Source: Eledone cirrhosa
Lineage: Eukaryota
Reading direction: 5' to 3'
DNA: 64,000 nucleotides
Assembly: GCA_964016885.1 (NCBI GenBank)
Contig: OZ024742.1
Coordinates: 83,142,001 to 83,206,000, forward strand
The notes beneath the pieces were generated by a model. The model saw only the letters and a list, made by a program, of their open reading frames with translations. It did not search any database and was not told the origin of the DNA. This document shows positions 13,442 through 27,120 of this stretch, piece by piece; positions within the stretch are counted from its first letter, which is position 1, and every line of letters begins with the position of its first letter. The position numbers and the translations under genes were made by a program.

Positions 13442-14718
13442 AACGGCGATGAATTAGTTTTGCGTGCAGTTGTCTGGCTACAACCAAAGAGAATGAGTCA
13501 CAGTATACGAAGGAGCCATGGAGAAGTATAAGACCCTCATAGAACTGGACATGAAAGGAATTTGCCCATTATACAGGAGCAAATCATGGAATAGCTTAGA
13601 TAGGGCTAGACATAAGATAGGGAAAGCCACCTCATGGTACGACAACCAGAGATACCAGAGTGTCATGTTTGTGGACGTTACCCCTGGAGGGAAATTAGCT
13701 AACCTGTGTAGAAAGGCCCTGAGAAAGACCCACTTAAAAGTTAAGGTGGTAGAAAAGCCAGGAACCACCATAAAATCCCTGATCAGCAAAACCTACCCTT
13801 TTAAGAAAACCCACTGTACCAATAGGAAATGTATCATATGTAAGGTAAACCCCCGGATAAACTGTAAAACTAGAAACGTAGTCTATAGCATAAGATGTAC
13901 AGAGGGTACTTGCAGAAACATGACAACAACATACATAGGTGAGACAGCTCGTAGCATAGGTGAAAGGATAGACCAACACTGGGGGGAACTAAAAGGACGA
14001 AAAACGGTTCAGTACTATACCAACATGCCAGACAACAACATGACGGTAACATAGACAACATAGAAATTAGAATAATATCTAAACATAGAAATTACCCAGC
14101 AGATAGGCAAATCAGAGAGGCCAGTGAAATAGAACTTAGAAGGCCAAGGTTAAACAGAAAGAATGAATGGAATAACAACAACACCCAAGCAAAGAACACT
14201 GACCTAAGAGAAGTATAAATATATAAATAGATAAATAAATAAATAAATACATACACAAACACAATAACAACAAACACATATAAACACATAGAATGCATTA
14301 ACCAATACACAGTCACCCAATCACGAACACACATCAAACAAAACACTATACACACACGCAAACGCATGCGCAAAGAAGACAAAATTAAATAAACAAAGAA
14401 ATAAATATATAAACAGACATAATTAAAGATGGCGTAGAAAATACAATGCAACGGGAGGAAACAATAGCACCACTAACGATGTTGCAGATGTGCAACGAAA
14501 GAACTTTCATAAACTATATATATGTGTTTGTGTCTATATTGTATCTGTATTATTCTTGACCGTTGGTCAGTCAATGGCAACATTGAGGACCGATTAAATT
14601 AGATTACCGATATAAAAGACACAAAAGCGAAAAGCGGAAACCAACCTAACAGTGAGTGTGTTCTGTTATTAACTCTGGCAATATTACACAAATATGACCC
14701 TCCCCAAGTATAACAATA
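13442..14718 (+). mobile_element. 5'-truncated Penelope-like element: RT C-terminus/linker, Cys motif, GIY-YIG endonuclease, pseudo-LTR with degenerate HHR (14473-14506)
   Basis: ORF 13518-14054: CTNRKCIIC...NCKTRNVVYSIRC...YIGETARSIGERIDQH; frameshifted tail RQIREASEIELRRPRLN; CUAACGA-U-GUUGCA-GAUG-UGCAAC-GAAA; (TA)n flanks. Confidence 0.9.
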
Positions 14719-14742
14719 TATATATATATATATGTATATATA

Positions 14743-14799
<57 letters not shown>

Positions 14800-15157
14800 A
14801 CGTATGTGTGTGTGTGTGTGTGTATGTGTGTGTGGGGGGTGCCATTAGAACTTCGGATAGAATGATTTATAGTATTCGTTTCGCCTTTCTTAGTTCAAAT
14901 ACTACCGAGGATAACATCGTCTTTTATGCATTCAAGTTTTAAAAAAGTACCGGTACTGGGGTCTATTATTCCTCTATATCTCTTCCTCATTACCATCCTC
15001 TCGCAAGCTAACCATCTCTGGAAAAGAATCTGCTGTATTCAGAGATAGAGCGGTTTAAGCCGGGTATATAACATGCCCTAGAAACGACGTTTGTTAATAG
15101 GACGGCTCTACCAATCCATCAGGAGTAACGCGACCATGCAACATACGTCCCCCATAC

Positions 15158-15263
<106 letters not shown>

Positions 15264-15467
15264 ATCTTTAAGTCGTTTGGAAGCCTCGAAAATGCAAATG
15301 GGTAAATCTCCGGGTAACAAGATCCGGTGGTGGAGAGAGAGATGTAAGTGGGTGTACGTTGAGATGCGTGGTGTGTATGAGATGTGTAGAAGAATGAAGG
15401 AAAGAGTATAAAGGATAAAATTAAAATAACAACACGAGAGAGAGTTACCTTGGGAGAGATTTAATAG

Positions 15468-15505
15468 TCCCTATATATTTCGGATTCACATCCATCAACT
15501 GGGAA
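15468..15505 (-). ncRNA. Hammerhead-like motif with variant core CAGUUGA
   Basis: UUCC-CAGUUGA-U-GGAU-GUGA-AUCC-GAAA-UAUA-UA-GGGA. Confidence 0.65.
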
Positions 15506-15895
15506 TTTTTCCGGGGGTGGGGAAAGATTGTCTGTCGCACAGGTGCGAAACGGGTCCTCCGCTGTTTGTTGTTTTGAATATCTGAGGTATTCGGAAGAGC
15601 GCGCGTGCGCGTGAAACGGGGTCGGTCGGGCCGAGGTAATCGGCCGAATGAGTAGTGGTGTGGCGCTAGCTGTCAGTCCATTCTCTGCCTGTTTGTTAAA
15701 TGTTACTGTGTGTGTGTGCGTGTGTTGTTGTCTCGCTTGAGTGTGTGTGTGCGTGCGTGTGTTGTTGCCTTGTTCCTCTGTACTGGCAGTGTAGTATGTT
15801 CGTATGGTGGAATGCTACTGTGTGTGTGTACGTGTGTGTGTGTAGTTGTCTCGTTTGTGTGTGTGTGTGCGTGTGCTGCTGCATCGTTTGTTAGC

Positions 15896-18472
15896 TTAAA
15901 CCAGCCATCTCATTTCGCGTCTCTCTGATCGGTCGTTTATTTGCGGTTGCAGACGTTTGATAAAAAGCCCTTCCTTCATACGTAACGTGCCGACGTTTCT
16001 TTCAGTCGCTAGAATTGTGACAATGGGCCTTCCGTCTTTGTTTCCGCATTTGTCTATGTGTTTCCGGAAAGACGAGGCCCTGGTTTTAGTGTGTTCCTTG
16101 ATCCAGATGTGCAAAGGTCGGATTGTGCTACCTATGTAGTATTGGTTGCACCTGTCACATTCTATACACGACGTATGTGCGTAGGCAACAGTTCGCATGG
16201 CGTATCGGGCAGTCTCTGAGGGAGCATGCGTCAGTAGATTTCCAGGGTTTCCTGGAGAGGCATCTTCGCATGGAGGGGCCCGAGTGGGCCAGGTGGATGT
16301 CGAGGCCCTCCCTCCGTATAGCCTTGCGGATAGCGTTGGTGGTATTCTCGCCCAGGTGTGGCATTTTAAGGAAGCACTTGCCTTGGGTGCCTCTCTGTCT
16401 CTTGTGTCTGGTGTCTCCTATTCTGTCTGTGATCGAGGTAGGGTACCCGTTCGTCTCCAGCACCTCGAGGAATCGCTTGGTATGAGTGACACCACTCGCG
16501 GGATCGCTGCATCTGTTTTTGATTCGCGCGATCTCGTTCGTGATGTATCCTCTTTTGGCACTGTTAGGGAGGGCGGACATGTAGTGAACGAACAGGTCCC
16601 TGCAGGCTGCCTTTAGGTAGAGGTTGCAGTGGATCGTTCCCTGTTCTGTGATGTTGATTCGGAAGTCAAGGAGGGCAAGTGACCCGTCTTCGTTGGGGTG
16701 TTCAACACTGAAGTCAATGTTCTCGTCCGTGTTGTTGAACGTCTCATAGATTCTGTTCGCCGTGTCTTGGGAAGATGTGAGGATGAGGATATCGTCCACG
16801 TACCTTGAGAAAAAGGCTACGGCGTTGGGGTGGCAGGCGTTGAGTGCCTTGCGTTCGAGGTTGTCCATGTAAGAGATCGCTAGCACACCTGATAGGCTTG
16901 ATCCCATGGGCAATCCCGAGGTTTGTTGGTATGTTTGGTCAAGGAATCCGAAGTACGTGTTGTCGACGACGATGGATAGGAGTTGGTGGATGTCAGTGGT
17001 GGTGAACCCGAAGCAGTGTAGGTCGGTGGATTGGACGCGTTCCATCAGTATATTGACGGCCGGAAGTGCCGGGACCGAGGTGGAGAGAGCGACTACATCA
17101 AGGCTGAAGGCATATCTGTTATTCCTTCTGGTGTCGGGATCCATTTGATGCAGGCGCGTCAACACCTCCTCGGAGCTGTTAACGTGTCCCGGCAAGGTGT
17201 CTAAGATGGGTTTGAGTATTCTGGCTAGGAGCCATGAAATTTTGTTGAGTGGTCCCTCCACGCTCGATACGATGGGCTTGATCTTCAGGTCGGGTCCCTG
17301 TTTGTGTGTTTTCGCGAGGTGGTAGAAGGCGGGTAGTCTGCTGTTCCTCGTGAGGAGGTTGTATGGCAGCTTCTTCGGGAGCTTCCGCCGGTCGCAGATG
17401 TTGGTCCAGTCGGCGTTGATGTGCTCTTCTATCTGCGCGGGAGTGATTCCCGTGACCTTGGAGTAGAGGTTGTCATCGTCAAGGTGTTGGAGGACCAGGG
17501 TGTTGTAGGCCTCTCTGCTGATGACGCAGAATTCTTTTCCCTTGTCGGAGGGGAGATAGATGAGGTTCTTCGATTTTAGGTTGGAGAGAGTGGTGAGTTG
17601 AGATTTGGTGAGGTTATGTGTTGTGCGTGTGTGTGTGTGTGTTTGTGAAGTATATCCGAGATGGAGTGTTTTAGCCTGATGAGTTTAGTGTCGAGTTCGT
17701 GGTTGGTGGGTGGGGGTGGAGTGGGTTGTCGGGGTGGTAAGTGGGGAACTTGGGGTGGGTTGTGTGGGCGCTGTTGATGGCGGTCACCCATTTAAGTTGG
17801 TAAGCGGCTCGACAAAATTTGGCCTCGATGTTGAGTTTGAGTCTGTCGTCGAGACGTTGTGAGACGATGAACTTGGGTCCGAGGTGTAGGAGTTTCAGCT
17901 CGTCGCTCGTGAGAGTGCCGGTTAGGTCGGTGACCAGGTGCGTCGCATCGTTGAGGTATGGCTCGGTGTTGGTGGATGCGGCGGTGGCGGTTGTTAAGTT
18001 GTTGTTTCCCACGTGGTTCTGGTCCGTCTGTTCGTTAGTGTCGATGTTCTCGTTGTGGCGTTTCGACAAGATCAACTCATATTTTCGCTTGAGCCGTTTT
18101 TTCTGGTATTGGAGTCTGGAGTGGTAGCACTGGTCGATTGCTTTAGTGATTTTCAGGAGCATGTGTCCGCTCTGAGAGTGTCCGCTTATGGACGTGTAAT
18201 TGGCGGTTGAGATGTCTCAGGATCTGTTTAATACACGTGCGATGTATGCGGTTAGTGGTGTTTTGGAAAGCTGGTGTACGTAGGCTTACTGGTAAGCGGA
18301 TGTTCCTGATGGTGTTGGGGATGACATCGTTTTTTAGGCAGCGTTTCAGGAAAATAATTTGACAGCCAGCGTTGGCCCATTTCTCCGACAGTCTAAATAG
18401 TTCCCTTACGGATGCAAACAATTTCTGGCTCAGGTGTAAGGATAAGAGAGTATTGAAGTTTGCTTGAAGCAT
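15896..18472 (-). pseudogene. PLE polyprotein (RT + C-terminal GIY-YIG endonuclease), frameshifted
   Basis: ATG at 18472 (MLQANF..FLKRCLKNDVIP), LGPKF, PSDKG, FSLDVVAL, GLPMGSSLS, RYVDDI, LALLD, VVY..C..CNQYYIGST.RPLH..IKEH, EGLFIKRLQPQIN. Confidence 0.93.
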
Positions 18473-18778
18473 TGTGGAATAATAAGTAAATATCCTTAAG
18501 TCGTTTGGAAGCCTCGACAATGCAAATGGGTAAATCTCCGGGTAACAAGATCCGGTGGTGGAGAGAGAGATGTAAGTGGGTGTACGTTGAGATGCGTGGT
18601 GTGTCATTCTTCTACACATCTCATACACACCACGCATCTCAACGTACACCCACTTACATCTCTCTCTCCACCACCGGATCTTGTTACCTGGAGATTTACC
18701 CATTTGCATTGTCAAGGCTTCCAAACGACTTAAAGATAGTTACTTATTATTCCACAATACTTCAAGCAAACTTCAATA

Positions 18779-18837
<59 letters not shown>

Positions 18838-19029
18838 CTTTGGCGCTACGCATTAATACAGAAGACCCGCCCTGCCTAAGTACAAAGCGAAACCTACAGT
18901 CATTAGGCACCTCTTAACCAAAAATACACCCCCATCCCACTACCCATACCCCACCCCCATCTACACCACCCCTTTCTCTGTAAATTTATGTTGGTACCAC
19001 AACAACCTGTCCTAAATAAATGAGGTCGT

Positions 19030-19287
19030 ATAGGTATCACGACAAAAAAAAACACACAGTCTACGCTGTAATGTGGCGTGTAGGTAACACGTTAAGAATC
19101 TTCCAGTCCACACAGTAAACGTAGTTGGTGTTAGGAAGGGCATCCAGCCGTAGAAAACCTGCCAGATGGTCCTATACGAGCAAGACAACCAATCTTACCG
19201 CACGTGGAACAATTCCCGTCTAAACCCATGCTAGCGTGGAAGATAGACGTTAAACGATAATGATGATGATGATGATGATGATGATGA
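19030..19287 (+). mobile_element. Short RTE-related non-autonomous retroelement
   Basis: GTTGGTGTTAGGAAGGGCATCCAGCCGTAGAAA and 3' end AACCCATGCTAGCGTGGAAGATAGACGTTAAACGA followed by (TGA)n tail. Confidence 0.6.
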
Positions 19288-19766
19288 TATATTTATTTAT
19301 TTATTTATTTATTTATTTATCAGGATTAAGCCAGTTTTAAACTAGACCACTATTCAACAGAGTACTCTATACGTGGTCTCACTCTGTCTATATATATGGT
19401 AGATGATGTGGTGCTGATAGCGATATACCGAAAGTGCTGAAATTTGAAACTTTTAAAAGAAGTGACTAAAATGATTTACGTTTAATCAAGAGTTAAGAAA
19501 TTTAGTACATAAATTATTTAATATTCATTCATTATTTATTTTACTAACAGGATAAAAAAAATATAAGCAAGACACTCTTCCCTTTATTACAGTTAGATAT
19601 TGGAAAAGATATATATTGAGCTATAACTAAATGTTACTAACGTAAACTCAAAAATTTAAGACACGATTAGAATATAAAGATTAGTTGCAGGTGAAAATGG
19701 AATTATTTTAAAAATTAAACACAAGCGCGCGCGCATACACACACACACATACATACATTCATACAT

Positions 19767-19871
<105 letters not shown>

Positions 19872-19913
19872 TCGATAGATATATAGATCGATAGATAGAT
19901 AGACGTGTGTGTG

Positions 19914-19947
<34 letters not shown>

Positions 19948-20125
19948 AAGGTTTAGTAAATAATGAAAAAGTTTCAAAGTAAATTTTAAAAAATTGACTT
20001 TACCCACTATAGTTACCTTTACCGATCGGTTTCGAATCCCAAAAATAAAACGGAGACCATACGGCCTTCGTTGCAAAGAAAGATTCTCGTCAGAAGGTTC
20101 TTTTCATTCAAAGAATATAAAATTC

Positions 20126-20156
<31 letters not shown>

Positions 20157-20166
20157 TATACACACG

Positions 20167-20203
<37 letters not shown>

Positions 20204-20211
<8 letters not shown>

Positions 20212-20934
20212 TGCCCCCTCGTTATCGAGTATGGCCATTGCCCGATATAATATTATTAATATAAGTATGTATACGTACATACATATATGTATACAGACGT
20301 ACAGTAGTATGTATATATATATACTACATGCACACATATATATATGTACGTATATATGTACATTATTAATAATTATTAATGAATTCTATCGTGCAATGCC
20401 TGTGCGTGAAGATATTTTTTAAAGTGAGGAAAGACTGTGCACTGAGCCAATCCCACTCTCTGAGCCACACTAGCTATAACCCGAAAAGAAGAAAAGATCA
20501 ACATCATCGGTAATTACTGAGCCGCTGGTTTTATATCGAAGTTATCCCAATTTCCTGAGTTGCCTTCTCCTAGAAGAATGCGCTGACAAAAGATAGGGGT
20601 CCTTCACTACCAGTAGTTTAACCGCGTGATCGGGTGTCCAGCCCAACTATTTCTACGTACCCACGCATATACATACACATGCACCCATGTATATACACAT
20701 ATACATACATATGTACATCTGTATATATACATATTTACAAACTTTTGGATGTCCGTTGACTCTTATGAGTTCATCCACCCTTTGTCAGGTTTTCTTTTTT
20801 GTAGTGCAAGGTGTCCAAAATTCCCCTTCTCACCAAGTAAACTTGGTGGGGTTGCCGGTTTAGTCGCCGACGACCCGACCATGCGGCAGGTTGTACTGAG
20901 TTACAAGTTACCAGTAGCACTCAAGAGTGACCCG
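20204..20934 (-). mobile_element. Non-autonomous RTE-derived element (interrupted)
   Basis: Homologous to 62535-63480 at both ends. Confidence 0.65.
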
Positions 20935-20960
20935 ACATATACTTTTATATATATATATAT

Positions 20961-21063
<103 letters not shown>

Positions 21064-21077
21064 AATACATATATATA

Positions 21078-21950
21078 TAAGTATGTATGTATGTATACGT
21101 ACATACATATATGTATACAGACGTATAGTAGTATGTATATATATACATACATGCACACACATATATATGCACGTATCAGTTTACCGAACATTTATTATAA
21201 TGCTCGTTTTTTTTTTGTAAACAAACAGCCCGAATTACGCCATACAGTGTTTAGGCAACCACGTCACCTTTTTGTTCAACACTGACACAGGAACGATGTA
21301 CTAGTTTCAAGCTTATTAGGCTATCGTCAGCATCGTATACCTTCCTGCTAGATGCTTGAGCGTATGAGAGTATATACTTTCCTTATGCATATTAACGGGT
21401 TAGCAGCCTAATTTGCATATCGAGTGAGTTTAGTCGGCCGGGCGCACCGAAAACGTTAAATGGAATAGAATGAAACTAAACTCACTCGGAATAGAATGAA
21501 ACTAAACTCACTCGGAATAGAATGAAACTAAACTCACTCGATATGCAAATTAGGCTGCTCAGCCGTTAATATGTATGAGGACAGTATATACTTTCAGACG
21601 TTCAACCATCTGGCAGGAAGGTATACGATGCTGACGATAGCTAATAAGCTTGAAACTAGTACATCGTTCCTGTGTCAGTGTTGAACAAAAAGGTGACGTG
21701 GTTGCCTAAACACTGTACGGCGTAATTCGGGCTGTTTGTTTGTTTACCAACAAATAAACCGAGCATTATAATAAATGTTGGGTAAACCGATACGTGCATA
21801 TATATATGTGTGCATGTATGTACATATATACATACTACTGTACGTCTGTATACATATATGTATGTACGTATACATACATACATACATACTTACATTTAAG
21901 TAACTGCCGTACTAAGAGTGAGAAGTGAAATTTCGTTTCATTCTATTCCA
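21078..21950. mobile_element. Family A foldback with two outward-reading HHRs (21293-21336 minus, 21625-21667 plus) and three tandem 26-bp central repeats
   Basis: About 355-bp inverted arms; centre CGGCCGGGCGCACCGAAAACGTTAAATG + (GAATAGAATGAAACTAAACTCACTCG)3; right arm has an extra tail; TA-rich flanks. Confidence 0.9.
21625..21667 (+). ncRNA. Minimal type I hammerhead ribozyme
   Basis: ACGAUG-CUGACGA-UAGCU-AAUA-AGCUU-GAAA-CUAG-UA-CAUCGU. Confidence 0.9.
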
Positions 21951-21980
21951 TATATATATACATATATATAAATATATGTA

Positions 21981-22022
<42 letters not shown>

Positions 22023-23388
22023 CAATGACATATAATCTAGGACATTGCTAAAAATATACGAATATTAAAATCGAAAGAGATAGATTGATAGAATTTTTTT
22101 TTTTTAATTATATATTTATCTAAGTATATTGTGAGTAAAGTGCACGTTATACTCTGCTTCTTATTTAACTAATTATGTTACATGTTCTAATTAATTTGAC
22201 TTCTACACCTTTCATCCATCTCCATTACACACATGGCTTCTATTTCACACTTGTATTTTAGAATTAATCGAAAGTCTTTTAAATATTCATATTCGTTTTA
22301 AAAGATTCATTTTCTTTTCGACAACTCCATATGCTGTTTTTGTTTTTTTATCTGTATTTCAGTCAAAATATTCGCATATTTCTATAATGTAACTTTTATT
22401 AACTCTTTTATATAGAATTTTATTTTCGTTATTTATCGTTCAGTATGCTTCCTTTAATCATCCTCTGCTTTTCTTTTCTCTTCTCTTTCCACTTTTCTCT
22501 TCTCTTACCTCTTTTCTCTTCTCTACCCGATAGTTGTCAACACTTAGAATCATTTCTTTTCTTTGGAAAAAGAGATTCTTAACTTTGAAATATCATCAAA
22601 TATAAAGTTAAAGTGTAAAGCGTTCTCTTGTTTTTCTCTACACTCTTTTTACACTTGAATATCTCAATTGCATTGTACCAGCTTACATAATGCCATCGCA
22701 GACAGAAACATACGCACATACACACATGCACACATACATACATACACACACATCTGAAAACAAACATACATACAAAAACACACACTAACAAACAAACAAA
22801 CACACACAGCTATGATTTCAAATAGACGGCTGATATTCGTAACATGTCTAGAGATCAGGTCGGGGTTCACTGGTTAGGTCTGTTGCAATATAATCTCAGT
22901 TTTCTTAAAACACATCCTAGATAACTTTCCCCTTATCTGCTGTTTTGCATCCTACGTTTATCTTTTCTTTTCGTTTCGCAATTTAATTTTGTTTCAATAC
23001 ATTTGCCATTGCTCATGATCTATAATGGTGTCCATTGCATTTCATATGGTGTCTGTAACAACTTTCTGGAATTCTTCTTCTTCTTCTTCTTCTTCTTCTT
23101 CTTCTTCTTCTTCTTCTTCTTCTTCTTCTTCTTCTTCAAATTCTTCAAATTCTTCAAATTCTTCCTATTGTTGAGAGGGTCTTGGGGACAAACGCTCATC
23201 CTTCTTTGGCTTCTACCCTTAGGTCCTCTGCTGATTGGTTTTACCCGTAAAATCTGTCAAGCAATTCGTTGCAGAGACTATCTAACTACATTCTAGTGAC
23301 GGAGCTGTAGCGGCTCTATTTGGAGAGACTCTCTGATCTCCGATCTACGAACCTTATCGTGTAACATTATTCCTAAGACCTGCTAGCA

Positions 23389-23570
23389 TGGCAGTATCGG
23401 TAGAGGGTCTGACGCTATGCTTTGCAGCAAAGGGTTACGGCCCTTTATGATCTGAGTTCAAATCCCGCCGAGGTTAACTTTGCCTTTCATCCTTACGGGG
23501 TCGATAAAATAAAGTACCAGTAATACACTGGAATAATTGCTGGCCTTGTGCCAAAAGTAGAAACAATTAT
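23389..23570 (+). mobile_element. tRNA-derived SINE (the abundant family of this window)
   Basis: TGGCAGTATCGG A-box, GAGTTCAAATCC B-box, TTTGCCTTTCATCCTTACGGGGTCGATAAAATAAAGTACCAG. Confidence 0.85.
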
Positions 23571-23589
23571 TCCTAAGATCTTTCGGAGG

Positions 23590-24520
23590 AACCCCATTTC
23601 GGACACTTGTAACCGTGATCGTATGCTTTCGATCATTACCCAAGATTAAGGTTTGGTACGAATACCGAATAGAAGATATCGAGTTTGGCTTTTACACCTA
23701 ATTCAATTATTCTGATTACCGAATGTTGAAGCTGGCGCATTACTGCGTCGGCTCCTGCAATTCGTGCACTTGATTCAGCATCATGCTCGGCATCACTCGT
23801 GAACAAGGACCCTAGATACTTAACCTTCACCACCTGCTTCAATTCAACACCATTCACATGTAGACTGCACTGTAAAGGCTTCTTTGGGAGGACAAGTGTC
23901 TCAGTTTTTGCAGCATTAGTTTGCATTCCAGTCATACAGCACTCGGTATCAAACCAATCAAGTGAAAGTCTGAGATCACCTTCTGTCGAGTTAAATAATA
24001 CCATGCCGTCAGAAATTTCCAGCCGACTTATTCTACACCTACCAGTCATGATACAACTTCCTATACAGCAGCGCATGTTAATCCTGTTCATGAAAATAAT
24101 GTACAGGAGTGGTGACATTGCACACCCAGAATGAAATCCGACTCCTACCTTGAATGGTTTCGATTTAGCGCCTTGTATTGCAGTACAAATACTCGGGCAT
24201 ACGTTTAAAGACATCGGGACAACAAGAAGCTGACCATTGATCCCTCCTGAAGCACCTTCCACAGCAGGTCCCGTGGAATGCGTTCATATACCTTCTTGAG
24301 TTCTACAAAACAAGAATACACCTTTTGGGAGTACTCCCACGACTTGCCACGGTGTGGATAATTGGTCGGCTGTGCTGTGTCCCGGGCGAAAACCATGCTT
24401 TTCGAGCCTGAACTCGAAAATCTCCCTACATCTCATTGCCAGGCACTTTGCATAGACATTAATGGGGACGCCTTAAAAGAGAGTCCCCTCCCTAAATGAT
24501 ACAATCTCTCTTGTCTCCTT
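23590..24520 (-). pseudogene. RTE-type LINE reverse-transcriptase fragment
   Basis: CFVELKKVYERIPRDLLWKVL, VGFHSGCAMSPLLYIIFM, NAAKTETLV, KYLGSLFT. Confidence 0.85.
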
Positions 24521-25599
24521 TTTTGAAACTTCTTATATTCTTCTATAAGATTATGTTTTATTAAATCTCTGTTTCACCACTGTAGAAGATAGCCATTTAT
24601 GTATGTTTTCTAGGATGGTATTCTGATGTCCAGCTCTCATGAGAGTTTCTTGACACTGCCCTTCCAACTTTGTAGTGATTTCATTGCTTCTTGTTTTTAA
24701 GGATAATTTCCTCAGATCATGACATAGATAATTTCCTCAGATCATGATTTCTTCATAGCATTACGACGTCTCTGCATTGTGAAAACAATTTCGTGAATAG
24801 AATGTACGAATACTTATTAAGCTTTCAAGGAAGAAATTGTAAACTACGTGCATAGTTTAATCTACATTTTTACGCTATTAAATATAATTTGCCATTGATG
24901 TGATATATTCTAGCACACTGTGCATTCGGTCTATCGTACGTTATTTTTTTTGTATAGTTTTCTAAATTTCTCTTCAGCACTCTTTTGATATACACTCATC
25001 GAGTATTCCATTTTCTGTTTTCTTCATTACATTTATATAGTTGATTCAATTTGCGTTTGTGATTATTGGCATATGTTTTATTTCTGTTGCATTAATCTAA
25101 TCAACCTATATATTACTTTAATTACATTCTATATGATCTATGGGTTTAAGTGAGATTTTCTTCGTAATACTTCTTAGGGTTTCTTTAAATTGCCGTATAT
25201 ACTCAAAGCTGTATGAGGTCTTAAATGTGACCTCATACAGCTTTGAGTATATATTTCGGTTATGCATTTGTTGTTTTTAATTATTCCTTAAATTAAATAT
25301 TTAATACTTCTATATATTTAACTTGATTTATTGCTCTTTTGCTTTCCCCTTTGTTATAGTAATTATTCTCGGAAAATCTCTTAATACCCTCTAGCACATT
25401 TATTGCTTGAATACAAAAATATTCTTACACGAATATCTCAAAAATACCAAACAATTATAAATATTCAAGGCCAAACACATTTCCCCTTTTCCATCAATAG
25501 ATTTATGTTTGCAATGGAAGTTTTCTTAGCCATGACTCATATTGATTTACTTTTATTCTTTCTTTACAATGTATGACATGATGCCTGAAATAGATATCA

Positions 25600-27120
25600 G
25601 AATTTTACAGCATCCGGGTGATGATTGCACCACTTGTCAGCAGTCTTGATTTTATAATGCCAACATATTAACCAGTGTAGATATTGGCCAACTCTGCCAT
25701 GTCTAGATTTGTAATCTACTGGTGGTAAAACTTTACTTCCAGAGATTAAGTGTCCACTTTGGATTTATTCCATTTCTCATCACATTAGCCCGGTAATTCC
25801 GTGTCATTAAGCTTTTATATTTGATTAAGATGAACCCTTCGCTCTCTGCTTTTAGCCCTGGGCTACGTAGCCAGTGATGGGTGGGCTTTCATTCTACATC
25901 AGCTTGTTTGATATGGGCCACATATTTGCCATGCATAATTTTTCTCCTCCCACATTGATACTAATTGTTCTTGCCCTTTTACTTTTGGCATTCATTTTAT
26001 GTTTAGTAGCATCAGTTGCTTTAGTCTGTCAAACTTGGGTGTCAAGCATGAGATCAGTAGCAAATATTTAGCTCTCCTAAGATGAAGCTTCTTATTTCTC
26101 TCATTTTTTTCTTGAGTTTGTTGCTTCAAGGCCAGTCGAATAGTGTTGGTCTTTTATTTAAGTTCGAATTGGATCTCACTACGGCCGCCTTGAGTTCTAG
26201 GAAGGTAAAGACTATCCACATCTGCCTCAGGTGGTGCATCCTATTACAAGTCTGTAGCTTACGTATTTTGGTGTCGAATCTTATAAGTTCGCCTATATTC
26301 GAAGCTATGTGACAAGCTGGAAGTGTCAAGGAATTTATGAACTGCGCGTACTCTTCTGTAATATTCCCTCCTTATCCTCTCTTTCATACTTGCACGCTGA
26401 ATACCAGAATCTTCATTAATCCCTAAATATTTATAGGGTTGTTCCTGCTCAAGTTCTTTTATGACTGTTTCAGCATCTAATTCAACCGAATTTGAGTTGA
26501 TAAGCTTCCCTTTCTTTAAAGTGGCATTGCATACTTATCAAGTCCAAACTCCATCCTGATGCCATTACTAAATGTTTTACTGCAACATAGCCTTAGATCA
26601 ACCATATAAAATAGTTCGTTTATTTTCTTATTGGCAATATTGTAACCATACCCTGTTCTATTAAGTTCGGTTATGGTTAGCGAATCTTCTTGGAAAATGC
26701 CACAGTTGACGTTTAAATTCTGAGAATGATATGTTTGGAGTTTAGTGTTCCACAATGACATAATTTTGAGGGAGTTTAAATTTACAGGTGAGATTTTGAA
26801 GGTGTCCAGTGATTTCAGAATCCACGAGTTGCGGCACGCTGTAAAAACCTTTTGTGGAATCGATCCATGCGGAATTAAGATTTCTGCGCTTATTATAACA
26901 TTTCTCAAGAATCATACGATCAATCAAGAGTTGATCTTCACAACCATATGTACATCGTTGGTACCCTTTTTGTTCAATGAAAAAAGACTGTTCTCCTCAA
27001 TAAATACATATGCTTTCTCCATGAGAATAGAAGTTAATAGCTTATAAGTGGTTGCAAGCAGGTTATAGGCCGATAGTCTTTTTATCATAGTATCATTGTT
27101 CTTTAGGAGAAAGTAAGTCA
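25600..27120 (-). pseudogene. Degenerate R4/Dong-type non-LTR RT fragment
   Basis: TTYKLLTSIL, IDRMILEKC..AWID, GIFQEDSL, LFYMVDL, GIRMEFGLDK. Confidence 0.8.

Noticed and set aside
13490-13500. In-frame TGA in a PLE ORF as selenocysteine recoding (as in Naiad PLEs)
   Set aside because: Best explained by CGA-to-TGA decay; the endonuclease is C-terminal and no SECIS was recognised
21463-21540. Three 26-bp repeats as a CRISPR array
   Set aside because: Directly tandem with no spacers, eukaryotic context, no cas genes
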